A stretch of DNA of 64,000 nucleotides from Mytilus californianus (taxonomy: Eukaryota). Both the position numbers and the translations under genes were made by a program. The notes beneath the pieces were generated by a model. It saw nothing but the letters and a program-made list of their open reading frames with translations, had not been told where the DNA came from and ran no database searches. Below, piece after piece: positions 11,950-25,750 of the stretch. The stretch is from the NCBI RefSeq assembly GCF_021869535.1, contig NW_026262678.1, positions 620,001-684,000 on the forward strand, in the 5' to 3' direction. Numbering within the stretch: the stretch's first letter is position 1; each line of letters begins with the position of its first letter.

Positions 11950-14900
11950 AATTGTCCTTGTCTTTCTTCTTTCAAATTATCGATTTTTGATCTATTGTCA
12001 GCGTGAGAGGATGACAGTCATTAAATTGTCTCCCGATGGACCATGGGATAGAGTTTAATGTCATGCAATGTTAGATTTTGTTTGTGTTTGTTCTTACGTT
12101 TTTTTTTCTGGAGCGATTGATGTGGTCTGTCATTTTGATTGATGTGTGTGTTACTGTTTTCCAATCATGGATTATTTAGGGTTTGAAAAAAAAATGTATA
12201 CAAATTGGCTTTAACTTTTGTGTGTTGGGGATAGCTGCCAATTTGTTTGTGAATAATATGCAACAATGAAAAACGTTAAAAAGAAATATAACACGCTAAT
12301 TATTCAATTTTCTCGATTGATAATGAAATAAATGACTTGATGCATTTGTAGTATATTTAATTGACATCTTTTAACCAGTTTGGTTATAGCTAAACCATTG
12401 ATTTTGCCTATGCATTGCTTGAAGAGTAAATTTTGTATCTCCACACTTTTTTCCACTGAATAGTTTTTTTGTCTTATTAAATGTTTGTAATTATATCCTC
12501 GATACAATTAAAATATGTAAAATGATTCCAATGCTCTAAAATATTTAACGTTCTATCGTGCTAAGAGCAAAAAAAGAAAACTGCAATTTGCAAGCTTTTT
12601 GGATTTACCCGGCTACCTCACATATTCGAAGCTAAAACTACATTACAAAACCACTGAGGCGTCCAATCTCGAAATAACACCAACGTCAAGAAGAAAACAC
12701 TTGACAATGCAAATTTATTAATTTATTAAAAACTACATTGTGTGATTGTGCTTCATTAGAAATATATTGAAAATAAGGAAGGTAGAGTTTACGCGTACAT
12801 CAATAAAAAATGTACGACAGTAACTTATCAGTACAGTAACACAAGGATGTATTGATGTCATCAAACACAAACATTATGAATAAAATTTAACAAGTTATCA
12901 TAATTATGCCATCATTGCCAAACCCGAAACATGACAAACACCGTTTAATATATAATAAACAAACGTCCAACAAAGAGCTTCAAGGTACATGAAATATTTC
13001 TAAGATATCTTTATCACTCCTGTTAATCTCGATAAATGGTATAAAAAAATAAACATGAAAAATACGTGTGGATATATATTGATGAAAAAAATAAAGATCG
13101 CAGTGTTCGATTTCAGAAACTGTTCAAGCAGCAACATTTTTGCAATATTTTTGTATTTTAAAAAACTGATACCCGGTTTAAATGTGTCGTTTTTCGTGAT
13201 GGAAAGAGACAATCTACTCAAAAGAAGCGCTGACTTAACTGAAACCAAATAGTCTGTTTTACACTAGTCATTATGGGGTCCGTTATAGCTTGCTGTTCGG
13301 TGGAAGCCAAGGTTCCGTGTTGTAGGCCGTAAATTGACCTATAATTGCTAACTTTTTACATATTGTGACTTGGATGGAGAATTGTCTCATTGGCACTTAT
13401 ACCACATCTTCTTATTTCTATAAACAGTACTGAATTTTCTCCAGTCAATCAATCCGAAAACTGACTGAAAGACTGAACATGACTTACTAATTAAATGTTA
13501 AGACTTCTCATTTGAAATCAAGAACAAAATGACAGTTACAGACACTTATTCACTTCACGTTTAACCCATTCCATTCATCAATATAAAGTGGTGTATTCGC
13601 AGTTAGTAGCATGCTTCAAAAGGTGAGACAATGACTTCAAGTTTTTTTTAAGAAGCATCTAATTTGCAACGATATATATCATGTTACAGGGGGGTATTCA
13701 CAGAAATATATCCAGTCAAGAAAATGTACTATTTTCATCAGTCGCTTGTTACAGGACATTTCTTCTAAGGACATAGAGTTTTGTAAATAACCCACTTGAG
13801 CATTACATATATATTTATCTTACCTCCTATACACTTTTAGGAATATCATGGGTTAAAAGGGAACACGTGGATACTATGTTTATCGAATGGTTTATCAGTT
13901 CGCGAGTTTTATTTTAGTAAACCGTTATTAATGAGTTGTTTTTTTTTTCCTTTTTAAAACAATGCTGTTAATAATAGATTTACGCTTCTTAAAACAACGG
14001 TGTTGTTCTCAAAGTAACATATAATTATTGTAAACAGACATTGTTTTAATATATTCATTCTTCGGGACAAACTATGTCTTTAAATCGCCGATCTTTATCT
14101 GTAAATAATTGAATTTTTTGTTTAATGTTATTTTAAAATTAAGATATCAAGGTTTATAACAACGTCTAAATTTTTAATATTAGATAGTCGGTAAGATGAA
14201 CTCGTTGCATGATGATCTAGTGACTTATTACAAAATATACAGGGTCAGTAAATTCCATGTTGGGTTCGAGCTACGCTCGCTCTCGCTGTGTAACTAATAA
14301 AATAAAAAAAATTACATCGATTATCACTTGAAAACAATGTTAAATTAAAGATAAGAATCGTGATGACAAAAGTCTTTATCTACAGAGTAGAAAAAATCAG
14401 CGGCATTTGATAGAGCACACTTATGGAGAAGTGTCCAGATGAAGGGAATCAAGACATATACATACGATTGACAAAATACAACAGCAAGGAGGATCAAACA
14501 GAGATATCCTAGAACATGTACCACAGCAATAGTGAACTATGAACATTGATCAGATAAATGGAAATACATGACTTTTAAACTAGATTAAGTTGATACATAA
14601 CACTACAGGGAGATAACTCTTTAAAAATCAGCTGAACTTTTTAATTACGTCGTTCTATTGTTAAGGAAATATAAAGCTTCTCAATAATCAAAGTTAGTGT
14701 TTGTCAAACTGCTATATATCCGATGAAATTTTTTCGATAAAGTGTGTGTTCAAGTTTTTTTATTTTTTTATATTTTTGACCAAAGTGTCAAAGTGAATAT
14801 TTTGTCAAAAGTGTTATGAAAATTAAACAAGCCAAATTAATTTTAGTCAAGGTGTTTGGTAACAGCTTAACCGAAAATTAATAGAATACCGTCAAACAGC

Positions 14901-15388
14901 TAATGTTTTTTTAGAATTTAATGCCAAATATTGATGAATCGTTCATTAGTATTTTACATTCAATAGGCAGGTCATGTAAAATAAGTTGTTCAGGATGAAG
15001 GTCGACAAAATTTCCTCTGCCACTTAAAAAAAAGTGTATATTGGATAGGAACGTAAAAAAATCCTTGCAACATATCACCTGTTTGCTTCTCAAAGAGTTG
15101 TTGCACATTCAGATAGCATGATATTTACAGTAGATTAAAAGAAACGCAAAATAGACCATGTGTCTGTTCCCCAGTCATTCTAGATGACTTTAAGTAATTT
15201 AAAGGCTGTTTGAAATTATCGTAAAAAGAAGCGAATGTTTATAAGAAATAACTGGCATTTGACTATATATGTATGTTTGTTTCTTATCGATTACATATGT
15301 TATGCATATATTGTACATTTGATGGATCCTAATCAGTATCATGTTTATCTTTAATTAAAAAAAATACATCTATATTGGTCATTAGATG

Positions 15389-15606
15389 TCACCTTACAGC
15401 ATACACTTCAACTTCAGCAAGATGAAATACCCCTGTTCGTTTATGTACACTCGTTAATTTTACAATGTGTCCTTCTGGTAATGTAATACAAGATGTGACT
15501 ATGACCTGGTCGTTTACGGCTGGACCAAAAAACTGGCCACATAGTTCCATTCGACATGTATCTAAGCTTTTGTCGACATGAACAAGCATTTTCTTGAGTT
15601 TATTAC
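15389..15606 (-). pseudogene. Last exon (C-terminal half of F-type lectin domain) of the broken lectin paralogue
   Basis: Acceptor tttatttaag|GT. GNKLKKMLVHVDKSLDTCRMELCGQFFGPAVNDQVIVTSCITLPEGHIVKLTSVHKRTGVFHLAEVEVYAVR* is open and homologous to 26319-26545; the flanking intron is also homologous. Confidence 0.88.
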
Positions 15607-16337
15607 CTTAAATAAAGAATAATTATTCTTAATGAATTAAAAAAACGTAATCTTTCTGTTCCCTTATATCTCACATATCTCTACAAAAATATTAGCATGG
15701 CAATTTAACCTTACAGACTCCGTGTCATTGTCAATGACTAAATGGATGACGAATAAATAACACATAAGGGAGGACTACACCATGTGACTTGCTTGATATG
15801 GTGTGTCTATCAATCAATAAAAGTAGGTCGTCTAACTATATATTAGTTTCAGATACAAGTTGTTATCAAACCGTTTCCAAATGAAGAATATTTTTTTGAT
15901 AATCCAGACACAATCAATATTACAAAATTTTTATTGATCATTTTCTCCATCCCTAAAAAGAACTATTTCACAAAATGTTCCAATATGCATGGATAGAGAT
16001 GATAAGAATACGTGTAACATATTTAATATGATATTCCGCAAATGAATAAAAGAAAATGTGAGATATGTCTAATAAACAGAAACAACAAATTCGGCAGATC
16101 ATAAGCCGGGCTTTATGCAGCGAAGAGAGTAGACTATATACTCTTAATTGACGCGTCTCAGGCTGATATGTAAATATATAGAATATGAATTATAACTTAT
16201 CAGAAGCATTCGGAACTACTTACCGGTTTTATTTTCACTTAAAAGAGGCACATAAACATTTAGCGTAGCTCTGATTGTGATTGACCACACTTTCGTCAAA
16301 ACTGAGAATGTAATATATAAATCTAATAAGTTGGTAT

Positions 16338-17195
16338 CGCATAGTGAGTTGACCGGATAACGAATGGGAAATTTATTAGGTAAGTTCTGCATATTGAGTT
16401 GACCAGTATGACAGATGGGAAATTAAATAGGTAGTTTCTGCATAGTCAGTTGACCGGGATGACGGACGGGAAATTTAATAGGTAAGTTCTTCACAGTGAG
16501 TCGACCGGTATTACGGGTGGGGAATTTTATATGTGGGTTCCTCATAGTCAGTTGGCCGGGATGACGGATGGAAAATTTGATAAGTTAGTTCTTCATAATG
16601 AGTTGACCGGGATGACGGATGGGAAATTTAATACTAGTAGGTAGGTTCTACATAATGAGTTGACCAGGATGACGGACGGGAGATTTAATAAGTAGGTTCT
16701 GCACAGTGAGTCGACCGTTATGACGGATGGGAAATTTGATAGTTAGATTCTGCATAATGAGTTGACCAGGATGACGGACGTGAAATTTATTAGGTAAGTT
16801 CTGCACAGTGAGTTGACCGAATGACGGACGGAAAATTTAATTGGTAGGTTATGCTTAATCAGTTGATCAGGATCACGGATGAAATATTTAATACGTAGGA
16901 TGGCATAGTGAGTTGACCGGGATGACGGATGGGAAACTTATAAGGTAGGTTCTGAACAGTGAGTCGACTGGGATAAGGGATGGAAAATGTAATAGGTAGA
17001 TTCTGCATAGTCAGTTGACCGGGAAGACGGATGGAAACTTTAATAGATAGGTTCTGCATAGTGAGTTGACCGGGATCACGGAAGGGAAATTTAATAGGTT
17101 AGTCCTGCACAGTGAGTCGACCGGGATGACGGATTGGCAATTAATCAGGTAGGTTTTGCATAACGAGTTGACCGGGATGACGGATGGAAATTTTA
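16338..17195 (+). repeat. ~51-bp minisatellite, about 17 copies
   Basis: Unit gggaaatttaataggtaggttctgcatagtgagttgaccgggatgacggat; anchors at 16341, 16391, 16442, 16493. Confidence 0.93.
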
Positions 17196-18386
17196 TCAGC
17201 CAGTGGTACATTAGGATGTGTTATATAGGGGCAGACATTACAGTTTGGAACAAGTGCCTTTAAAAGAGTTGTTACCAAGGTTTTTTGCTATCGTGTAGAT
17301 ATGTTACGTTCCTATTCCGATTTTACTTGACTACGTAATTAAACATCCCGCGCTCATAAGTGAAAACCCTATGTTTTCATGGGTTTAAAAGTCGGATAGG
17401 AAAAGTTCACGTGACCTTTTTTTATATCACAGTCAACTTTGAATATAAAAATTAGGAGATGCGGTATCATTGCAAACGAGACAATTGTCCATCAAAGTTC
17501 ATATAAAGTTGATGTTAGCAATATATGGCAACCGTACGGCCTTCTGCAACGAGAAAAACCCATACCGTATAGTCGGCTATAAAAGATCCAGACATGAAAA
17601 ATATGAAATAGTCTAAATGAGAAAACTGACGGCCTAATTTATAACAAAACATTTTACGAAAAATTTAAATTACAGACGTCAACCAACGACAACCACTGAG
17701 ATACAGGATCCTGACTTGAAATTAAAGACGTCATTAACCGTCAAAGCATGACCTTTTTAATTTGTCAAATGAACATAAGAATAAATGTAAAAACACGAGG
17801 ATTGCCTCGTCGGCTCCTTCAAATCTTTTTGTGATTTTTGTATATGACTGTAAAAAATTAACAATAAATGAGTGCAATTTGTATTGGTAATCTTTTGCTA
17901 CTTTTGTTTTCATACATATATTTGAACAGCGGTATACTACTATTGCCTTTATTTAGTTTTGGCTTTCACCAATCAAACAGTGAGAAACAGTAAATGTAGC
18001 TATATAATTAACTATTATTTTGCATTATGTATCTTAATTATGTCATTAAATATTTTACGGTGATATTCTTTTAAACTGTTATAAATATTAAGTTTAGAAA
18101 TAGTTTGGTTTAATCTGATGTTGTATTGCCAGTTTCAGCTTTGTAATCAGTGATTCGGTGCTGACATTTTTAAAGCAAAACGTTTTACCTTTCTTGAATA
18201 CTAAGTTCACCGTTGATAAATTTAGAAATTATTTAAATTTCTTAGATAACTACTCCCTCTGACAAATTTGACCCTATATGAAAGTAAGTCATGAAAAGTG
18301 CTCTGGACGCAAAAACTTTAGGACATATTTTTGTCATTTGAGAATATACGTATATTAATATTCATACACCTGTCTAAGGTAAACTT

Positions 18387-18599
18387 TTTATCTGACAAGT
18401 ATTTGTCCATGTTATGAAGTTGATATACTTGCATATTTGCGTTCTCGAGCATAGTTGGGCACATAATGACCACATCGGCAAAGAAACCTCAAACATCACG
18501 TGGCAACAGTATATTTTGTCTTTTTGTTTTTTCGATAACAATGATTTCACATAATGTCCACACGAAAAGAAATACCATTGAAAAGGACAAACGAAGCAT
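18387..18599 (-). pseudogene. Truncated, frameshifted first coding exon (signal peptide and part of PAN domain) of the lectin paralogue
   Basis: ATG at 18599, MLRLSFSMVFLFVWTLCEIIVIE... There is a +1 insertion in the A-run near 18521-18532 relative to the intact copy (12 vs 11 nt between anchors), and homology stops at 18387. Confidence 0.88.
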
Positions 18600-19505
18600 T
18601 GCGTTCCAATTCACACACATTTAAAGTAATGATGCTACTTCCTCTCTCGAAAAACTTTATGTGTGTTTAAGCTTGACACGTGTTCAACAATTCCGTTTGT
18701 TCACGTTTTGCGTGAATTCAAGCTTTGCGTTCATCAAAGTGGAACATTTCCTTACTGTAAAAAGCAATATAAAATCTGTTGGTTTATTTGGTTAAGAGAC
18801 TATTTAATGATTTAGGTGTCATTGATTCTTTTACAATAGCGATCCTAAAAGGAAAAATGCTGATAAAAGGGAAAATGTTGAAGAATGTAAGTATTAATTA
18901 AACGTCGTTGATGTGATATTACTATTTTTTCGATATTTTCTTTTGCGTTTGTTACGATTTCCTTTTAAACATATTTATTTTAAAGTAACGATAAAAAATA
19001 AAACAGTCATACGTGTTGTGTTAATGTTGATTTTGAAAGAAAGAATATGCCTGGTATCTTAAGAATAAAAATAAACAAATAGTTTACAAAAGGAACACCT
19101 CGTCTATTTCCGATCTTCCTTTTAGCAATTGCTTTGGTCCATCGTGAGTAGATTATACGTTTTTTTCATTGCAAATGGACATGTATGCCCTTAAGTGTTG
19201 ATTGCACGCAATAATTAACAAATAAATAATAGAGCCAAACGTACTCTTGTTTATCTTTATGAATCTGTTTGATTTAAAAAAGAAAGGATATAGCGTGATT
19301 GAACATATTCATTATGCATATGTCATACATAAATAATGTATAAGTAACAGTCTGGTTACTTCTGGTCATCATTTTGTTAATAACTTGCGTGTAGCATTAA
19401 ACCGTAGACACCATTATTATTATCTCGTCAAAATGTATGTTCAAATTGCATGTACATAAACGTGTTATCAATTATACATGTTATACAAGTTATATAAAGA
19501 TTTGT

Positions 19506-19817
19506 GCAGTCCTGACCCGTAAAGCAAGTTAACTTGCTAACTTGTCATTTTGACCGGTCAAACTTATCCTAAGACATGATTTAAGACTGCTTTGACCAGT
19601 CCTACATTTTGTAGGACCACAATTAAGTTAGATTGAAAAGCGGACTTGGTCCTATGAAAGTTTTTATGACTGTCGAACAAGTTAACTTGCATACAGGTCC
19701 GTTTTTATTATGAGTTTACTTCGAAACCAGTCCTGCCATTAAGTTTACTCCGATCGATTGTCAAGTTCACTTTTGACTGTTCTTCTCAACACGAAGTTAA
19801 CTTGTAACCAGGACCGC
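19506..19817. mobile_element. Putative MITE with repeated caagttaacttg palindromes
   Basis: Ends gcagtcctga...caagttaacttg and aagttaacttgtaaccaggaccgc are imperfect inverted repeats; the motif occurs three times. Confidence 0.45.
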
Positions 19818-20339
19818 TCTACATCAATTTTTTTTAAATCATACTTTTAAATGTGTTTGTTTCTTGATATAAACAATACAGATTTAATACACATTTTTGT
19901 AAATAAAGTACGCCTAAAACTTGCTATACATATTTCTCCGTGATATACTTTTTTATAGATTAAAAACTATATTGGTTAGGGAACAACCATTTAACTTCAA
20001 GAGGAGATTATGGTTATTTGTTTGAGGCATAGCAATTTTATTCAGTTTTTCATCGCTATCAATTAATTATTTTTTTTCAAAATTTAACACAATAATCAAA
20101 ATGTTAATATAATATAATTCAAAATATTGGTTTTTATCCTCTGCTTGAACAAAATATTTTCTGGTCGGTTTTAAAATGTAGCATTGATCTTATAACCTTG
20201 GTTATCCAATCAAATCGATAAACAATGTCACTAAAGAATATTACTTAGATTGTTAAAAATAATTATGATAAATGAAGCAATTTTAGTGTACAGTTACTGA
20301 TATTTATCATGTTTTGGTTGGCTTACTAATATTTCCTTT

Positions 20340-22000
20340 TCTGTACAAATTGACAGTCCAATCATGCCCTTTTGTTATTCAAAATATTAAATTATCAACA
20401 AAACTCAGCAGTTTTCACATCTCAGACAGACTCAAATAAAACAACATTAGTTGACTACATCAACCAAAACGGACAATATTTACACCTTATTCGGTAAATG
20501 TATATGGCCGGATAACAAATCAGTAAAATTTTGTAATGTCAGGATGGATTGTATAATACAAATGACAGCAATATTGTAACACAATGATTACAAAATTTTG
20601 TAAAAATCAATAAAGAGATATAGCATGTCCTCTTTTAATCAAAATATTGACTCGCAACAACATTTCAGTAGTTTTGATACCTCAGGCTGATTAGTGTTAC
20701 AAAATTATTTGACCGCATCAACAGCAACTGACCATCTTTGCACTTAAAATTATGTACATGTATGTGGCCGCATATTTAATCAGTAACATGTTCATGTCAG
20801 GATTGATTGTATAATACAAATGACAACAATATTGAAACACAATAACTACAAAGAATTGGCCGCATAAATTAGGAGTGTTAGCATGTCCTTTTTAAGAATA
20901 AATTTAGATTTCCAGCATGTCCTCTTTTTATTCGAAATATAGAATCGCAATAAAATTTCAGTAGTTTCGATACCTCAGGCTGACTCGTGTAACAAAATCT
21001 TTTGACCAACAAAAAACTGACCATCTTTGCACTTAATTATGTGAATTCATGTCGCTGCATAATAAATCAGTTACATTTTCATGTCAGGATTGATTGTATA
21101 TACAAATGACAACAATATTTGAACACACTGACTCAGAAATTTTGTAAGAATCAATGTAGATTGCAAGCATGTCCTCTTTTTAATTGAAATATTGACTAGC
21201 AACAAAATTTTAGTAGTTTTGATACATCAAGCTGGCTTGTATAAAAAAACAAATGTTGACTGCATCAACTGAAACTGACCATATTTGTTATTTTAATCTA
21301 TACAGCTATATAGCTTATCGGTAAATAATAAATCAATAATATTTTGATGTCAGGATTGATTGTTTAATACAAATGACAGCAATATTAAAACACAATAACA
21401 ACAAAATATAGTCCGCATCAATTAAGAGTGTTAGCATGTCCTTTTTTAATCAAAATATTGACTTGCAACAACATTTCAGTAGTTTTGATACCTCAGACTA
21501 ACTAGTAATACAAAATCATTGAACGTATCACCTAAAACTGACCATATTTGCACTTTATTATGTAAATTTGTATGGCCGCATAATAAATCAGAATTATTTT
21601 TATGTCAGGATAGATTGTATAATACAGATGAAGGAATATTGGAAAACAATGACTACAAAATTTTGTAAGTCTCAATTAATAGAGCCAGAATGTCCTCTTT
21701 TTATTAAAAATGTTGACTCGCAATCACATTTCAGTAGTTTTGATACCTCGTGACCGCATCAACAAAAAACATATTTGTACGTTATTGTGTGAATTAATAT
21801 GGCGTCATAATATACCAGTATTTTTTGTGTCAAGGTTGATTGAATAATACAAATAACAGCAATATTGGAATACAATTAATTCAATTTTTTGTCCACATCA
21901 ATTAAAAGTGCCAGCATGTACTCTTTTTATTCAAAATATAAGAAGCTTTGATAAATCAAACTGACTCGTATAACAAAATTATTTGACCGCATCACCCAAA
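20340..22000 (+). repeat. Diverged ~260-bp tandem array, about 6 copies
   Basis: The anchor gtcaggat (last copy gtcaaggt) recurs at 20538, 20796, 21083, 21349, 21604 and 21829 (periods 225-287). Confidence 0.9.
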
Positions 22001-23694
22001 ACTGTCTGACTATATGTGCCTTTTGTGTACTGTCCTTATTTGTATAAGGTATTCGTTGTTATTCTGTGGTTAACATGTATATGCTATCATATTAATTATT
22101 CATCTATTTCTCTGTCCTGCGTGTTCTTGCATTTATTTGTACTGTATTCTTGTCGTGAAATGTTTTCATTTGAGCGGTAAATTTATCATTGCCATAAAGC
22201 GCGAGATTGGCTAGACACAAAACCAGATTCAACCCAACATTTTTTCGTAAAATGTTCTGTACCTAGTCATGAATATGACAGCTGTTACATTATAGTTCGT
22301 GTCTATGTATGTTCTGTTGTCGTTTGTTTTTTGCTGCAATTCAGGGTTTCTGTTGTTTCGTTGTTTTTCTCTTATAGTGGTTGTGTTTCCCTCAGTTTTA
22401 GTTTGTAACCCGGATTTGTTTTCTATCAATCTATTTATAACTTTTGAGCAGCGGTATTCTACTGTTATTTATTTATCAATGTATATCATGTTAAATTTTT
22501 GTTTACCAATTTTGAATTTAACACCATTGCAACTAGCAATCTCTCTCTAATTGCACGACAATAAGAATCACGCGCCGGTTGTTTGTATCTTACAACGATA
22601 TTCACGTTTTTCACAACTCTGCATAAAAAGTAAAATAACAAAAATACAAAATAAGAAAAAAATGTTTAACGGAATTATAGGTTTCACTCCGAGTGAGAAT
22701 GGGATATTGATTGATATCACCTCGAGGTATATAATTTCAATATAATAATAAATGAGCCTTCGGCGAGTTTATTATTACTATCTATATTAAATAACGAGAG
22801 TTAATATCAAGCGATATCAAATATTCACAAGTTGTTAAACCTTATCCTTTTAGGATCAACACTCTCAATATGTTAAATTAAAAATTCCTACGAAAAGTTG
22901 TTCTTGTTTTCATCACATTCCAGTACGACGTCATAATGTCCTTTTCCGGTGTCAAACTTAAACATCAGAAGTTTTAAGACTTTTTGTACGCTACAGAATG
23001 TAATAAAATGTGACCAAAAAAAATGTCAGGTGAATATGTGAGTGCTTTGTAAATTATTGAAGAAATCACATATGTCCGTTGCCATGTACGAATAGTACTA
23101 AGCTTATAACTTGAATCGCCAGACGCGTCTTTTTGCAAGGGTTTTATTGTAGGTTGAAAGAACTAGATAACGTTAAGTAATAAAAAAAAATGTTATCGTA
23201 AAAAGAAGCGAACTTTAATCAGAAATAACTGGCATTCGACTGTATGTGTATGTTTGTTCCTTATCAATTACATATGTTATGCATCATAAACATATAAAAC
23301 CAAACGTGTCTTAGCTATGTGCATCTTAATTTTATTTTTTTTTGTAGTTCAATGATCTGGCCTACGTTTGATTAAGTTCGCCCTTTAAATCTAATAAAAC
23401 AGTATGCTTGAACAAAACAGAAATTTAATAATAATAACGAACTTGTTATTTATTTCGTGTTTTTTGTTATATATAGCTGTAATAATTCTCAAGGCAAGTT
23501 GTCCAATACTGGTGTAATTGTTTGTTCTTTTATGTACTTTTTGTTTTTCTAATGAACATGCTGAACGAGATCTACAATAATGAACGGGTGGAATCTACCA
23601 ATAAAAAAAATGTTTACCCCTCCACATTTCTATATCCTTGTCTAAATCAGGAACATGATGTATAGTCGTCGTATGTGAACTTATGTACAAATCA

Positions 23695-23860
23695 CCCAAT
23701 AATAGATATCAGGCTTAATAACGTTCGTCTGCAAAAGACTCATCAAAGACGCTCGAATCAAAAATTCAAATAATGTACAAAGTTGAATCACTGAGAACAC
23801 AAAATACAGAAAAGATTCTCTAAATATAGCTCAGCTAATCAATTCCTTGGGTAGAACATC
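23695..23860 (-). mobile_element. Decayed fragment of the hammerhead-bearing ~350-nt repeat family
   Basis: Reverse complement reads ...tgattcgagcgtct-ttgatga-gtcttttgcagac-gaac... The core C is lost and stem III is deleted; flanks match the family unit. Confidence 0.7.
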
Positions 23861-24059
23861 TCATTGTAATTTATAAGTTGTAGTTGACTTCAGATTTTTT
23901 ATTGTTGTTCCAGTCTTTATTTACAAGATTTATAGTTGACCTACGATTTAAAGCTTTACATGTACATGATAAGTCATTGTTGATCTCCAGTTGTTTTATG
24001 ATCATTTTGTCGATCGATTGATGTCTGACTGACATATTTCAAACATGTGTTCCTATATA

Positions 24060-25400
24060 TTATGTAGGTTATTAGGTAAGGGTGAAGATTGATACCTATT
24101 AAAACATTTAAACCCGCTGCATTTATTTTCACCTGTCCTAAGTCAGGAACCTGATGTTCAGTGGTTGTTTTTATATAGATTAGACCGTTGATTTTCCCGT
24201 TTGAATGGTTTTACACTAGTAATTTTGTGGGGCCCTTTATAGTTTGCTGTTCTTTTTGAGCCAAGGCTCCTTGTTGAAGACCGTACTTTGACCTATAATT
24301 GTTTACTTTTACAAAATATGACTTGGATGGAGAGTTGTGTCATTGACACTCATACCACATCTTCTTATATCTATTAGTCCGAAAAAGTTTTTTTTTTTTT
24401 TTTTAATTATGATGTTTTTGAATGTACACATGATAATTTTTGTATGTAGATGGAAAATGACATAGAATATTTTTAAGGAAACAAATCCATCTTTCATGTC
24501 ACTAACGGTGATCCTTCCAACTTTATAATAATTATATAATCACGTTTTAATTTTAACAATTATAAATGAGATTGAATGCAGAAAATGTGTAAACAGACTT
24601 TATTGAACAAGAAATTAATATAATAGCGAATCAGAAATCAAGTTTACCGTATAAAAAAAAAGATGTGGTTTGATTGGAAATGAGACAACTCTCCAGAAGA
24701 GACCAGATACAGAAATTAACAACTATAGACCATAGTACTGACTTCAACAATGAGCAAAGCCCATACCGCATAGTCAGCTATTAAAGGCCCTGAAATGGCA
24801 AATGTAACACAATTCAAACGAGAAAACTAACGGCCTGATTTATGTACAAAAAATATACAAAAAACAAATAAGTAACACATCAACAAACGAAAACCACTGA
24901 ATTACAGGCTCCTGACTTTGGACAGGCACATACATACAGCATGTGGCGAGGTTAAACATGTTAGCGGGATCACTACCCTCCCCCAAACTTGGGACAGTGG
25001 TGTTACAGTACAACAGAAGAACGAATTATGAAAATCAGGTGAAAAAGGTTTAACTCATCAGATGAATACAAATAGAAATACATCTAATAAAAACACAGAG
25101 TGGACGTTGCATGGGACTTGTACATCCTTACAACAAAAAGACATTTTACTGATCTGAGAGTACTCGCAGTAACGTACAGCTAATAAAAAAGTCATGCATT
25201 TAAGACTAAATTATCAGTCAGTACACATCCAAAATCAAATGGATTTAGTGTAAAGACGTCATAAACAGTCAAATAAAAACACAACCTTGTGCAATGCCAA
25301 GATACATGTATCGACAGATTGTAGATCCATGAATGTGTATATGTATATAACAATAATATTTAGTTTGCTTTTAATTTTCTGATAACCGAATCAATTGTTA
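24060..25400. repeat. Back-to-back copies of the abundant agatgtggtatgattgccaatgagacaactctc repeat family
   Basis: Copies at about 24060-24375 (+) and 24660-25400 (-). Further copies lie at about 13270-13400, 17455-17710, 27420-27870, 42790-42925 and 60020-60440. Confidence 0.8.
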
Positions 25401-25562
25401 TCACTAAATGTATTCCTGAGAACTTGGCTTAGTATTTCATGATTTTTAAACGATATTACACTTTTTGATTTCATTGATATTCTGTAGTATATACATGCTA
25501 TACATTCTAGTTTAGTGGCATAATAAATTTATTTGACAAAAATATTATTTAACAAATAAAAT

Positions 25563-25750
25563 TTACAGTTAAACCCCACATTTCAGCATCGAAGTACTCC
25601 GGTTGGTTATGATAAATTTTACTGTTTGTGCTTCCTGTAATGTTTTACACTGTGAAACGATTACCTGTCGAATAACGTATGATCTTACAACATAGCTCCA
25701 TGTGCAATATATCAAAGCTTCTGCTGACATGACAAATCATTCCTCTGGAT
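25563..25750 (-). pseudogene. Decayed duplicate of the F-type lectin last exon
   Basis: Pieces in shifting frames, MICHVSRSFDILHMELC / QVIVSQCKTLQEAQTVKF / YFDAEMWGLT, align to MLVHVDKSLDTCRMELC / QVIVTSCITLPEGHIVKL / FHLAEVEVYAV. The adjacent 25800-26220 is homologous to intron 15655-16070. Confidence 0.8.

Noticed and set aside
16859-17211. Repetitive-peptide ORFs
   Set aside because: They arise because the 51-bp unit is a multiple of 3; stops interrupt other units and there is no splice support.
20340-22000. Decayed ankyrin or LRR coding repeat
   Set aside because: Only faint resemblances (LLIYAAN, MLLIKYAA); no frame is conserved between units and unit lengths are inconsistent.
23107-23130. 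Hammerhead 3' half on the - strand (gacgcgtctggcg)
   Set aside because: There is no CTGATGA box or stem II upstream, so it could be a chance match or a tiny remnant.
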